From contig JAYWIR010000049.1 of the NCBI GenBank assembly GCA_036172245.1, positions 1,240,001 to 1,301,513 on the forward strand: a stretch of DNA of 61,513 nt. Direction: 5' to 3'. A program made the position numbers and the translations under genes. Positions 26,608 through 39,233 of the stretch are shown piece after piece. The notes under the pieces are model-generated. The model was not told the DNA's origin. It was given only the letters and a program-made list of their open reading frames with translations, and ran no database searches. Positions within the stretch are counted from its first letter, which is position 1, and every line of letters begins with the position of its first letter. The stretch is from Raillietiella orientalis. Its lineage: Eukaryota.

Positions 26608-28437
26608 ATGCAAATCAGAAATCGAGCAAGCCCGCCGTTAAACAACTTTCATCATTTCTCCAAGTCTATATCAAAGGATAATTCATTCAAAGAACATATT
26701 CTTAGCCTATTTGGGTGTTTATGCTGTGTGAAGCTTCTGTTTTTATATTCATAGTAAGTAACAATTTTCCGATTGCATAAACTGGTATTTCCAAGCAAAT
26801 CAACAGATTTTGAAGTACACAGAAACTGGTTGGCAATAACATATAGCTTACCATATCGTAAGTGGTATGAAGAAAGCACGTCTGAGTGGACTTTAGATTA
26901 TCCACCTCTCTTTGCATGGTGTGAATTCCTGTTAGCACACGTAGCAAAAAATGTAGATCCTCAAATGTTAGAAATAAGAAGTTCTCCCTATGTGTCAACA
27001 GCAGCTCTCATTTTTCAGCGATGGTCAGTTATAGTTGCTGATGTTATGTATACTTATGGTGTTTATAGGTAAGCCATGAAATAATGAGATGGTTCTAAGG
27101 AATTTTATAGGAGTTCTAAAGCTATTATGAATTGTTTGCCATTAAGTGGAAGTCGGAGAATGGTATTGCTACATACAGCATTATATCTCGCACTGTGTGA
27201 AGCAGGATTACTTCTTGTGGATCACATTCATTTTCAGTATAATGGCTTTTTGTTTGGTTTTCTTTTCTTATCTATTGCAAATATTATAGAGGTAGGTGAT
27301 GGTGATGTATTTTTTGATAATCAGTGAAGCAGGGACACATGTTGATGGGTGTGTTCTGGTTTTCCTTGCTTCTAAACTTGAAGCAAATTTTTTTATATGT
27401 GGCACCAGTATTTGGACTGTACATGTTTCTTCAGTGTGTGGCCAAGTCACAGCAATCAACAATAGCTGGGTTCTTATACTTTACTCAGTTACTGTTAATA
27501 AGTGTTTTAGTTTTTGCATTATCACTTGGCCCTTTCATTCATGCAGGCCAACTGAAACAGTTGTTGATTCGGCTTTTCCCTTTCAAAAGAGGTCTTACTC
27601 ATGCATATTGGGCACCTAATTTCTGGGCATTATATAACTCAGGGGACCTTGCTCTGTTGCAAGCAGGTAAAAAATAATTCTAAAATGTGATCTTAAACAG
27701 TTGCGTGTTGAAGTGAAATTGTTGGGCTACTCGGTCAATGGAACTACAATGACCAAAGGTTTGGTCCAGCAGTATTCAAATGTTATACTTCCTTCCATCA
27801 CACCTGAGATTTCCATGTCCTTAAGTGTATTAGCAATGATGGTTAGTATGACTTATAATATTTGTATGTATGCATTTTCTTTTGCAGCCAGCATTAATTT
27901 ATTTGTGGTATGATCCAACACCCTTACAGTTTCTACATAGTCTCTGTTTGTGTGGAATGTCTGTGTTCATGTTGGGTTGGCATGTTCATGAGAAAGCTAT
28001 ATTGCTGGTCACTTTGCCTCTTGGGTAAGTTGTTAAGAATTTTGGTAGAAATCTTTTGCAGTCTCCTAGGAATTGTGGATCCCAAAATAGCATCTCTACA
28101 TTTTATGCTTTCTACAACTGGATGCTTTTCACTCACTCCACTTCTGCAAGGGAACTTTGAATTTCTCTTAAGATTGTTGTTGCCTTTGATGCAAGCTTTG
28201 CTTGTGTACGAGTTGTATGTTTATGTACATGGAACGAATTTCAAGTTGAATCGAATCCAGCTACTTTATCTGTTTTGCCTGATTCCTACATGGATATATC
28301 AAGAGATCCTGCATTCACAGTTACCTTGGGGTTCATCATATCCCTTCATTCCATTAATGCTATGTTCAACCTATTCTGCTTTAGGGATTAGCATGGTATT
28401 TATTCATCTCTGTGCAGTAAAACCTAAGCACAAATGA
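26608..28437 (+). CDS. ALG8: Dolichyl pyrophosphate Glc1Man9GlcNAc2 alpha-1,3-glucosyltransferase (ALG8), 7 exons, 524 aa
   Basis: Hand-spliced exons: 26608-26753, 26796-27068, 27111-27291, 27333-27666, 27714-27841, 27888-28024, 28062-28437. Total 1575 nt with all GT-AG introns and consistent phases. The product carries ALG8/ALG6-family motifs: [98 protein letters not shown] and [18 protein letters not shown] point to ALG8 rather than ALG6. The start at ATG 26608 is an in-frame ATG upstream of the conserved region (inferred). Confidence 0.96.
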
Positions 28438-28449
28438 TCCCCACATTCT

Positions 28450-28455
28450 TTTATT
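28450..28455 (-). terminator. Polyadenylation signal AATAAA for PRRC1
   Basis: Canonical hexamer starting 14 nt after the PRRC1 TAA stop on the minus strand. Confidence 0.6.
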
Positions 28456-28468
28456 GAAAAATACATGA

Positions 28469-31400
28469 TTAAGCACTGATGTTAAAATGGGATTTGAAAA
28501 GAACAGCAAGTGTTTTAACAACTGGAAACAAAAGTTCTCGTCTGGAGGTTCCACACAACTGTAAATGCCAATTAAGAGGGTCTATCTACAATTAAATAAA
28601 TCGTAACCCGTTGGATTTTTGTTACAAACCTGCAACTGACGAGCAAGCACATCTGCAACACACACACTAAGTCCTGACCACTGCAATGGGTAGTTTGCTG
28701 GAGTTTCTTTCTCACATTGCTGCACAATGTTTCCTGGTAAAGGCACTGCAGGACCATACAATTGAAAGTTGTTGCCATTGGAATCAAGTAGCAAGCAATC
28801 CAAGCCATACCATCTATGAAACATTTTATCTGATGTTTCTGAACCACATTTTACCTGTCTGGGGTCAGTTCAGCAATTGTACTCTCTATGGCAATTATCA
28901 CTTCATTTGAGTCTGCATGTCTTCCTTTTCTTATTTGAGCAATACGCTCTTCAGCACCTTTTAGTGCTTGAAGATGGCCTACTGGCTGCACAGCTGTATT
29001 TGCCGCTGGTGGCCAACAAGCCCTATCAATTTGCAGTTGGTATCCAACTGTAGTGCCAACATACCTGATGCTAGTTTTACCAAAAACAGAAGTAAATGCA
29101 TCCTGAATGCAGGAAGCAACATCTGCATCTTGAGTGAGAACAACCAATTTCAGGTTCACAAAAGAAGATGGAGGTAACTCTTTATCAAGATAATCACGCA
29201 TTTGTGGATCCAGTGTGCTAATAACAGTGTCCACAGAGTGTTTCGCTGTCCGTGCCACTCTATTTAATATCTGACTGCCTTGTATCCAACCCAGCCAATT
29301 CTGATTCTGTTGGTTCTTAACATTAGTGTCATTAGAATCACCATGGTCAGCATAAAAAGGTAACTGAGTCGAAGAGTTTGGTATGACACGACTTCCTACT
29401 TCTGTTACAGCACTCTTTAACATATGGAATGTGGAGCTTCCAATTTGCAGAATTTCTGCAGGAAAGGATCTTGAAGGTTCTTGATTTTCAATAGATTCTG
29501 GAGGAGAACTTGTAGAAACTGGGTAAATTAAGGCATGAGGACTAAAGGGAAAACTGTGATGGCGTGTGTGCTGTGAAAATGACGATTTCTGATTTATGCT
29601 AAAATGAAAATCTAAATCAGATATAATTCTCTTGTACTTAACTCTTCATTTGGCCCTTTATCAGTCTGATAGGACTCATTGTAAGTCCACTGATTAATTG
29701 GTGCATTAAACTGTTGACTGCTATATAAAGGAATAGCAGGGGGAACTGTAGATAAAGGTGAAGTCATGGCAAACTGAGGCTGTCTGCTTGCAGATGGATC
29801 TTTAATATAATAGGCTGATGTAAACTAGGCAATTTACTGATAACTGTATATTAAACATAATCTCAGTTCAGAGCAATTTTTGGAAAACAAGGAAAGTAAT
29901 TCTGAGTAAAATGCAAGTAATCATTATTTAAAATATACAGTTCTAAAATGTATATGCACAATTTGTTTGTGTATGGGATTTCATTCTTTCATTTACATGG
30001 TGGAATCGTAGTTCATTAATTGTTATTAAGCTTTACTAAACAGACAACATGCTTGAGTCTTACTAATTTTTCCAATCTCAAAAATATTTCAACTAGAATA
30101 GGAAACTCCTAAGGAATTCAGAATTCACGGTTGTAGTTTCATATCAGTTTTGGGGGATTAGTTTACGCATGATGGTAACCTTGTGAAAGAAAACTAAAAA
30201 TGAATGCACACAAGATACTAAGCTAAACTTGCTTTTATGTAGTGATACTCATTGCATAATGAATAATACAACTATAATGTAAGCAAACAACCCTTTTGAA
30301 GAAAAGGAAAAGTAAATAAGCTTCTGCCTAAATCTGTGTCAGGCTTTTTAATTTAAAATTACAAAAAGAAAAAAAAATTGGAATAAAACTGGACAAAATA
30401 AAGATTGATAAAGGAAAAGGTCGGGTGAAGTCCTTAAGATATTTTCATGAGTGCTTCAAGACTCCATTTGCTGACAACTGCTCTAAATGTTTACTCCTGA
30501 TTTGGCAAACATTTTTCATTACATCTATTTTTTGAAGACTACAACATACTGATAAGGAGTAAATATGAGAATAATGAGCTTCAATAATTTCCAATGAGAC
30601 AATGAAGTCCTTTGGCAATTTCTTATTCTCTTGTGTGAATCATAAACTAAATATGTGATCCACCTGATTTTATCAAATTGCATCTTTCCTTTCATCTTTC
30701 TTTCATCTTTTATGTGAAGACAAAAATCCTCACCTTGTTTAGAATGTACATTTGTGCATTCTAAACAAGGTGAAGATCTTTCTGGATCACTTTGTCTCAA
30801 TAGCAGTTTGTATGGAAAAGCAACGTTTGTTTTTTTCAAAGGAGGCTGCTTAATAAAGTATTCATTAATTAAACTATGGTAGAAACATAAAAATTGAAAA
30901 TTGATATACCTACTTAACTGTTGCATTACATAAACAAATCACCATCTTGCTGCACCTAATTTACAAATTTGACCAGAATCACATCAGTCTTATCAAAGAA
31001 ATACATAAATTAATGGGTAGTAAACATAAAAAATAATTCAAAACAACGAACACAATGTGTACATATCTCCATTTCCACTACAAGGTATTTGAACTTCTGG
31101 ATGCAGCATAATAACTTTACATAAGACTGCCTCTTTTTCAATCACTTATATGGATGTATTTTGAGAAAAAGGAAAGTTGAATCTTGAAACGCAAATGTTA
31201 GCTACTAGTTGCTAGAATACCATTCATAAAGAAAAAAATGATCGTGTTAAAAATCAGTGCAATCTCCATTTTTTTTATAGAGGATATAAATTCTAAAAAC
31301 ATAAGCTTTAGACTGAAGAAGACTGTGCTAACAAATTTGCAGTTAGGAGAAACTGGACCCGACTGTCTGTTGTAAAAACACCTAACATCATGGACCCTGG

Positions 31401-32639
31401 CTCTAAGTAGATGCAAACACATTACCCACAGCAACTAACCATTTAATGTACATCACTTTGTAACAATAATTTCAATATTAAATTCCAGCTGCAATAGGAT
31501 TGAATGCTGTTTTCAATTAGAGGAATTGATACATAGCATTCAAAAAATTGGATTCAAATGGAAAGAACACAACAGAAATGAATGCTTTTTCATTTGAATA
31601 TATTTAAAGAACATAACACTGAATTAGACAGTCACAGAGAAAGCTCAAGAAATCATGCAAGTACATGTTCATTTTGCATTCATCAATCATTTTGTTTTAC
31701 AACAATTAAATCATCTATAGTACATTTTAAGTGGTAATAAAAATATTTTATGACATCCAGAAATAGCTGAAATGAAATATTGTCATTACACACTTAAGGA
31801 ATGAAATTTCTTTGATTTAAATTCTGTCTTTTGCAATGTAAGAGCTATTTCTAAATGAAACATCAATATTAGTTTCACTTTACATTATTAAATCTGGATA
31901 TTCTTGATCTACAATTTTGCAATCACACTTTTTAAACAACTATATGATTCCAAAATCATATTTTTTTCACAGTTATGCTCTTCGGAAAAAAGCATGATTG
32001 CAATATAGGCATTTCACTAAGAGTGTCAATAATATTTTCAATATTAAGATAACTTTTAAAACATCACAAATGAGATTATGCAAAATATACAGAAACTGAT
32101 GCAACAACTTAAAGTTTTTTAAATTTTGATAAATTTATTTTATTGCTAAGCATTATCCAGAAAAATAATTTGATTGACATTATATTGCAATCATTAGATT
32201 CATTTAAACCTCAACACATTAAAACTACAAGCACAAGAAAATCCCTGAACATTTTGAGAATTCAAACTTTCGGTTGCTTTACAATGATTAGTCAAAGTAA
32301 TTTTATTTTTCGTTTTTTTTAAAAGACAAAGAATTTTAAATGGGCTCCTGCTAGCATTCAAATGCTATACGAAGATCCTTGCTATCCAGTTTGTTACCAC
32401 TTCAAAATAAAATGAATATGCTCATATTTCGGGCAAATGCTGCGCAAGCTAACCACATAAATAATACTAACACGCAAATGTAGGAATTCTGAAAATTTAA
32501 ACGATTCACCTTCAATACTTTCCTTTGTTGGATCCAGGTTCTCATTGAGTAAATCAGTTTTGTTTCCTACAAACTCATAAGTTGATTCAATATTATTCGA
32601 CTCATCTGATGAAGAAGCATTGTTCGTATGTCTAATCAT
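28469..32639 (-). CDS. PRRC1: PRRC1 (proline-rich coiled-coil 1) with C-terminal NTPase_I-T/YjjX-like domain, 6 exons, about 450 aa
   Basis: Minus-strand exons: 32639-32472, 29824-29643, 29598-29065, 29022-28855, 28813-28630, 28585-28469. Total 1353 nt with consistent phases. Peptides AKHSVDTVISTLDPQM, DAFTSVFG, QPVGHLQALKGAEERI, IESTIAELTPDRWY, TPANYPLQWSGLSVCVADVL and WHLQLCGTSRRELL match PRRC1 as I recall it (TKHSVESMITTLDPGM, QPVGYAAGLKGAQERI, ELLPDKWF, TPQDYNLRWSGL). The last four exons are secure. The 5' end is less certain. Confidence 0.9.
30726..30777. repeat. Near-perfect palindrome in PRRC1 intron 1
   Basis: TCACCTTGTTTAGAATGTACA-TT-TGTGCATTCTAAACAAGGTGA (30730-30773): 20 of 21 positions are complementary, with 3 more pairs beyond one mismatch. 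Confidence 0.9.
32472..32639 (-). CDS. PRRC1: Probable first coding exon of PRRC1
   Basis: The ATG at 32639 has an in-frame stop just upstream. The peptide MIRHTNNASSSDESNNIESTYEFV resembles the acidic 'ESTFE' N-terminus I recall from invertebrate PRRC1. A phase-0 donor (CGT|GTTAGT) matches the phase-0 acceptor at 29824, giving a 2.65-kb intron. An alternative donor (GAAG|GTGAAT, about 32510) exists. Confidence 0.6.
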
Positions 32640-34024
32640 TGATAATTACTTCGTATTTAGGGATTCATCTTCATCCTAAAAGTTATGTAGGCTGATCAAT
32701 ATGTACAAGAAAAGATGTTTTTTCTGTTGTAGAAGAGTGGCAAATGAAAAGTGCAAACATTGACATTTACGGAAACGAAAGAGGTGAATTCAAATGCTTG
32801 GCTCAAACTGCAAGGCTGGAAGCTAAATAATTACATATCGAAAAGTCACAAGGCGATTCGAAGGGTAAGGAGTAGAAACTGACTGCTACACATTTGGGTA
32901 CAAACGATACTCACATTAGGAACACGTGTGAAACTAAACACTCAGAAGTCTAATTCTTTCTGATCCAAGAAAAAAATTACAAACTGATGTACACAACAAT
33001 TTTGACGCAGAAACTTGCTTTACAAAATTCTGAGTACTCCGACAAACGATTTATTTACATACACGTATACATGCATACCAAGTAATTTCCATGATCATTA
33101 TCTGTATTTCATCTTCTATGCAATGTGGAAAAATTGTAATTCAATACATTCATTAGTGTTGATAATGAATCAGAGTGATAAATGTCATTTTGAGCTTTTT
33201 AAGAGATGCAAATGATATTCATTGATCACATTCACATTCACATCCTGATATCCCGAAACAACACTCGTAATTTCATGTGGGAACTTGAAATAGAGTAACA
33301 AAAGCTTGATCTCATGCATATTACTTGAATTTATAATTATAATATTGCCGTTTTCACAAAAGTCCTTGCATTTAGTAACTAGTACTTTGAGAAGAGTATG
33401 AATAATTAGTTTTTCGGATGCCGAAATAATTGCTTTTGCATTTCAATATGGTCTTCCATTGTTTCAAGAGCCTTTTCAAATTCTTCCTTCACAGAATTAT
33501 TTACTGCATGCTATATACGTGAAGCAGTTTTATTATGTGCATCTATTTATACGGTGAAGTGTTTCCACATTCCATAGCAGCAGAGATAAGATGTCCACTT
33601 TTTCAATGCATTTGCATTGAAAGTCAGTTTTGGAACTGTATGAAAAATGTAAAGGTGATAGACAAATGCAAAAGTTTAAAGCCGACTCGATTCATTTTGA
33701 AGTGTCTCACTAAAATCATCAAATTTTAGCATATTACTTGATAATACAAAGATATAGAATAATTAGTGTTTAATTTGGAATCATAATCGGTTCCATAATT
33801 TTGTTCGAGGAAATCATTGTGGTCTCATTATGTGGATTGTGCATGTAAATCCTCAAGGTTTTCGAAAGAATCTGGAATAATTTTTGCATTTTTCTTCAGT
33901 CTGAAATAATGAATATAGCATTTAATTAACTAGCTGGAGCAGTTTCAATTCTGGGTGGATTTTTTATAACTTATATTTTTATTCCTATGGAGTTCGGTTA
34001 ATTGCAACCAGCAGTGTCAGCATA

Positions 34025-34065
34025 AGTCAGGATATTAGTCAGGATATTATTAGTCTCAGGATATT
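34025..34065. repeat. Short tandem repeat, about 3 x AGTCAGGATATT
   Basis: AGTCAGGATATT AGTCAGGATATT ATT AGTCTCAGGATATT, directly visible. Confidence 0.8.
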
Positions 34066-37000
34066 ATTTCTGAAAATGCTCTTTCTTGGAAAAAGGACTT
34101 GAAGAGATATGACTTTCCTGAACTACGTAACAAACGATTGCAACGAAGCAACCAAAAAAAAAGCGAAAACGGATTTGCACAGCTCTCGAAAAAATTCAGT
34201 CACTTCTACATCACCCTTGTCACGACAGCATCTAGAAATTACTAATTCCTGGTTTCTTGAATTCCTTAATTTTTCTTGCAAAAGGTAATGTAACTTTTGC
34301 TGCAATGAACTCCATAACCTTCAGCAGTTTTCATATAGTAATCTACACGAGATAAATTTGCTATTTGTTTCCAGGAAATAAAGTTTGAGATATCTGCAAA
34401 CAACTGGAATATCCTCATCTTTAGTTCCAGAGTATCGAAGGCTCTTTTCATACCCCACTGCTTTTATTGAACAAACAAGAACAATCAGTATGTGCGTGCT
34501 GCTTTTGACAAAAGACACAGTCTTACATGCAAATTGCAACACTGTATTTATAAGTGCAAGTAATATGTGCGAGATCAGGTTTTAGTTTCTCAGTTTTGAA
34601 TGCTATAATTATAATGTTCTCATATGAGATCACGAGAGTCGTTGAGTATGCAAGCTGAAAAACTCATTGCTTGTGATTTAGGATAAAGTGAAGACTTTAT
34701 ACTAACCACACCGTTCAATCCTAAAGATACTTTCAGCAATATGACAACAGGTAAACAGACTCGAACTCTTGTTTTCAAACGTAAACATGCAACTTCCGTA
34801 TGTCGTCCACAAGGATGCTGGAAGGATTTTTCAGTTTTAGTTGCCGTGCCTCCTCAAGGATGTAATACGCATATGAATCGGAATTCACTGCTTTATCATG
34901 CATTATTAAACACATTATGGGAGTTAACCCCTCCCCCCAAAAAATCCACAAATAGTGAGCATAAAGGAAACCTATATTTTTGTACTATGAAAAATAAAGA
35001 GTGGCAAATTCCATTGAAATGCACATAAGTGCTTTGCGAGATACATCACAGAAATATGTGGAAGGCTTTAGATAGCTTCGAGCAATTGCATTTTCAGGTA
35101 ATATTTCTTTCCAGGTATTCTAATTTTGAATTTTTCCTGATATTTTTATTCGAAGATCCATTTATTTGCTTATGTATCTCAATGATTTGGTTCATTTTGG
35201 ATTTTTACCTTTTTCTGATTATAATAAAAAGCCTGGTTTTATACCGATGAAATTCCCCGCATCGGACAACAAAAAATGGATCCGATGATTTCCCTGAGAC
35301 GAAAGAGCTGCAATACTCAACGCGCCCAGAGGGAAATCTAGATAAATTCGTTCATTCGGAAAGGAGGACGATGAGAAATTCTGTTTCATAAGATCATAAT
35401 GGAATGAAATGTCTGTGACCTGAAAGTCTTCGTGATTCTGAGCTGAAGATTGGATAAAAGAATCTGGGAGAACCAAATATAAAGCTCATTTGGTTGTCGT
35501 CGACTGAGAACTGTGAAAGGTTTTCAAGAAGACACTTTCCACCATAAGGCGGTACGGGGGCAACAAGTGGGGATCAGAAGGGGTTCCCTTGAAACCATAA
35601 GGAGAAACCAGGATGATGCTGAAATAGATTGCAGCACATGAAAGTAATGTAAGGAGGAGAGACAAAAATGAATAAGCAGCTCCAGGTTGCGCGAAATGTC
35701 TACCCAGAAAGACATTGGTTCTCGGTCGTTTGGCTAAGATCAAAGGGTAGTATCTACCCAGAAAGATATGGTAATGGACGAGATAGGAGTTCCAGACAGA
35801 AACGAAGCAAAAGCGATAAAAGGCATGCTCTATCGAGCTACTCTGTCACAGGGACCAAATTCAGAGTTTCCTCCAGCCTACGACCGCGACATCGCCGAAA
35901 CTTGCCAGGAGCTGTTCAAAGTGGAATGGATGTAGCAGAGTCGGGAAGCTGGGAACCCACACTATCATTCGCAGAAATCCTCTAATTGAAAGCATGCGAA
36001 CAACGGACAACAGTGGTGCAACGCAATGATTCCTCCGGGGGGAGCGATAAGATTAAGATATTTTTGGCCGGAGTAGAAGTGTCAAAGCTCGCAATGGAAT
36101 GAAGTCACGGACAAGCGCGATCGATTATCGCGGATGCGTGAATCTTCACTGAGGTGGGGAGCTGAATTTGGGACGACATTTTGAGTCCTGGAACACATCT
36201 TAAGGGTCAACGAGTGGAACCTCCACAGGTCGGGTTTAAAAGTGGAAAATGAAAAGAGGGAAGAAAGGATTCACTGCACTGTGAGCGCGCGTTTGTGCAA
36301 TTGCAGGAGGATGTGGCAGCGAAAGCTCTTCAACGGGAGCATCGAAGCGCCGACATGCTGGAACTTCCCTTAACCAAGGGTGGTTGCATAGCACCGCCTC
36401 GGTGCGTCAGTCAGAGTGGGGACCGATCGGTGGCGAGGAGCTTCGAGGCCCGTGGAGCACCGGAGCATCAGAGGGACTGAGGGAGCTGGAGCAAACCGGG
36501 AAACAAGAAGGGGCGCAGGAGGAAGGAGCAGCATAGAAGGATTCTTTCACGATCCGGGCACACGGGTCAGCGAGTGGTTGCGAGGAAAGTCCAGCGGCGG
36601 ATGCGGGTTGTCAGCACGCGGGGAGGCGGAGCGGGGGCAATGCGTGATTTCTTGAAAAAGCGGCGGCGGAGTTTCTCTCGACGGAAACAGCCGACTTTCG
36701 TTGCGGGGGTTCGACACCCGAGGGAAGATGGCTGCCAGACCACAGCCGCTCTGACTCCGTCATTCCTCCGTTCGTCTGTTCTCAGAGGTGTCTCTTCTCC
36801 CCCCCCCCTCTTCCTCTTGGAGAGTTCCGGTCGGCGCGGTAGGCTTGTGATGACTTTAGCAACATGGTCTGGCCGGGACAGATGAAGTTCATTTGGAGAG
36901 CGTCGTTCGTGGGGCCATCTCATGCGCCAGCTCCTTCTGATCTGACTCATCGTCTGCTGCTGCTCGTCCGATAACGTTCAAAGAGCCCACTCCACTTCCT

Positions 37001-39233
37001 TTAATCTTTTTTGGCCCCCTCCCCCCAGTCTCTTTTGAAATCCTGCATTCCATTCTTATCAGCGTAGAGCTCGCGATGAGGCATGGGCGGGTTCAAGATG
37101 GCTGATGGGCTCTAAGGCTCCTTCCACAGATCGCCTTCGGCGCGTGCATTCGGGAGCGATTCTTAAGTGCGTCCAGAGAGCGCTCTCCTTCCCGGAGACG
37201 CCTTTATCGGGCAGAGAGGGCACAGTTGCGTGCTGCAGCGGCGGAGATGATGATCCGAACAGAGCACGACTGGCACATGTGTAGCGGTGTGCGTCAGTGC
37301 CAGCTCTTTCTCCTAGATGCGTGAATGGCGAGACTACCAGCATATGGAGAGTCTGCAGAAGCTTGCGCTCCCCTTGTGCGTCCTCTCTCTTCGGGGAAGG
37401 AAGAGAAGGAGGAGGAAGGAAAGGAAGGAGGAGATAAAAGGGTCCAACATCTCAAGAACGATGGGATTCCAGATCCCCGATGGGTGGATAAAGGACTTGG
37501 CTGCTTCCTTCTCCTCTGTCGTCCATCCTTTCTTTTTAGACACGAAGGAGGAAAGAGGGGCATCAGCGAGCCTCCTGGTCTCTTCTCACTTCAGGTTACG
37601 CAGGACATTCATGGATGTGTCCTGCTCGTCTCCAGGGCCGGTCACCACAGAGCCTCAGTCTCTTCGAGGGAGCCTGCTTTGGAGCAGTCGCTTCCCTTTT
37701 TCCGGCTTGCACGCCGAGGGTGAGGAGATCTTTTTTAGTGTCTCGTTTGCTGCATAGATGTCGCCCAGGGTGCATCCCACTGAAGATTCCTGTCCTAGGG
37801 GATTCTCCAATGACAGCTCCAGCCTCCCAGCATTAGTGCCTGACTCTAGAGAAGGGATGCGATTGGGGGTCCAGAAAGCGTCCCAGGCACGCAACCCTTC
37901 TTCTCTCCCGGCACTTAGTAGGAAATGAGAACGCATCGCTTCCCGAACGAGGGGAGAACAAGGAAGAGTTCGTGGAAGCGGAGGGAAAAGTCCCGGATAG
38001 CGAAATGCTGTTTTTTTCTTCCTCTGAATTCCCAGCATCTAAAGGAGGTCTAATCACCCCCCAAAATGGTCGCAGCGATGGGATCCAGCCGGCAGCTTTC
38101 ATCCGCACAAGTCTTCTGTTGCTCGGGAGCTGTCATCTGGCGCGTCTGTGAGACAACCCGAGAGCACTATCTAGCAGGTCCTCCCCCTCCCCTTCCTGCG
38201 CTCTTGAGGAGCCGCGGAGGGTGCGGTCGGAGGCAGGCCACCAAGGGGAAAAGGAGAAAAGGAGGAAACGCACGCCGAACGGGAGGGCAGCAGGAGGTAG
38301 GGAGCATCCTTCGGTATTTCGGAATATCGACGTACTAGGCGTCCCTCTAATCCCGGAAGGACACCTAGAAGGAGGGCAACTGGGTGAGTAGGAGTATGGC
38401 AGGATCCTTAAGGAGGAGGAGGGGAAGATGGCAGATTTCCTCGTCCTGCTTTGTTGTTCCTTGAGGTCAGAAGCGAACCAAGCTAGCAGTGCCGGGTGTG
38501 GCACGCCAGGAAGACTCAGTTCGAGACTCTGACCTGGGTGCTGACCCTTTTCGTGTGCGTGCGTCTGCACCCCACCTCCCCAGCCCCCCTTTTTTTTTCC
38601 CAGCAAAGGAAGACTGTATTGCAATGACAACGCCACGCAACGCCGAGAGGAGTATCTTCTGGGCAGCAAACGGAGCTCGAGCTAGGTTTGCTCCGCTGTT
38701 GCTGCTGAGGAGGCTGCTGAACACGGGGTTGTCTCCTTGATGTGAGCGAGGGAAGGAACGGCGGCACAGTTCACCTTCGGAGGCGGGAGGCGCTCCTGGG
38801 GATGGGATGGGGTGAACCGAAGGAGGGAGGGAGGAGCCCCGGGAAGGGATGGAGCGGGGAACGACGGGGTCCGGTGTGCAGCTTCCGGGTCGTCTCCTTT
38901 AGGTCCTCCTCCTCTTTGCCCATGGGCACAGGAACAGGAGAGCTCTTGTGCGAACCACGAGTCACTTGCTATCACAGACGAATGGGGGGGGGGGGTGAAG
39001 GGAGCGAAAAGAGGGTAGGAGGAGGCGAGGGGGAGGGGACGCTGGAAGTCGCCGAGCTTTGTGGATTCCAGAGCGTCCCTTGGCGTCCCCTCCCGTCTCA
39101 GGAGGAGAGCAGCAAGGAGCGAGAGGAGGGCGGAGGGGCGGAAGACGGGAGGCTCCTTTTCCTTCGCGTGCGCCTCGCCTTCCTCCTCCCTCCCTCCCTC
39201 CCTCCCCCCTTTTCCAGGGCGCGGTGCTCGAGG

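Noticed and set aside
35219..35743. Minus-strand ORFs with a hydrophobic segment, superficially ERMP1-like
   Set aside because: Interrupted by stops, with no consistent splice model and no catalytic motifs.
35699..35773. Two copies of TCTACCCAGAAAGA about 54 bp apart, CRISPR-like spacing
   Set aside because: Only two short copies, no cas genes and a eukaryotic context. It is a local duplication.
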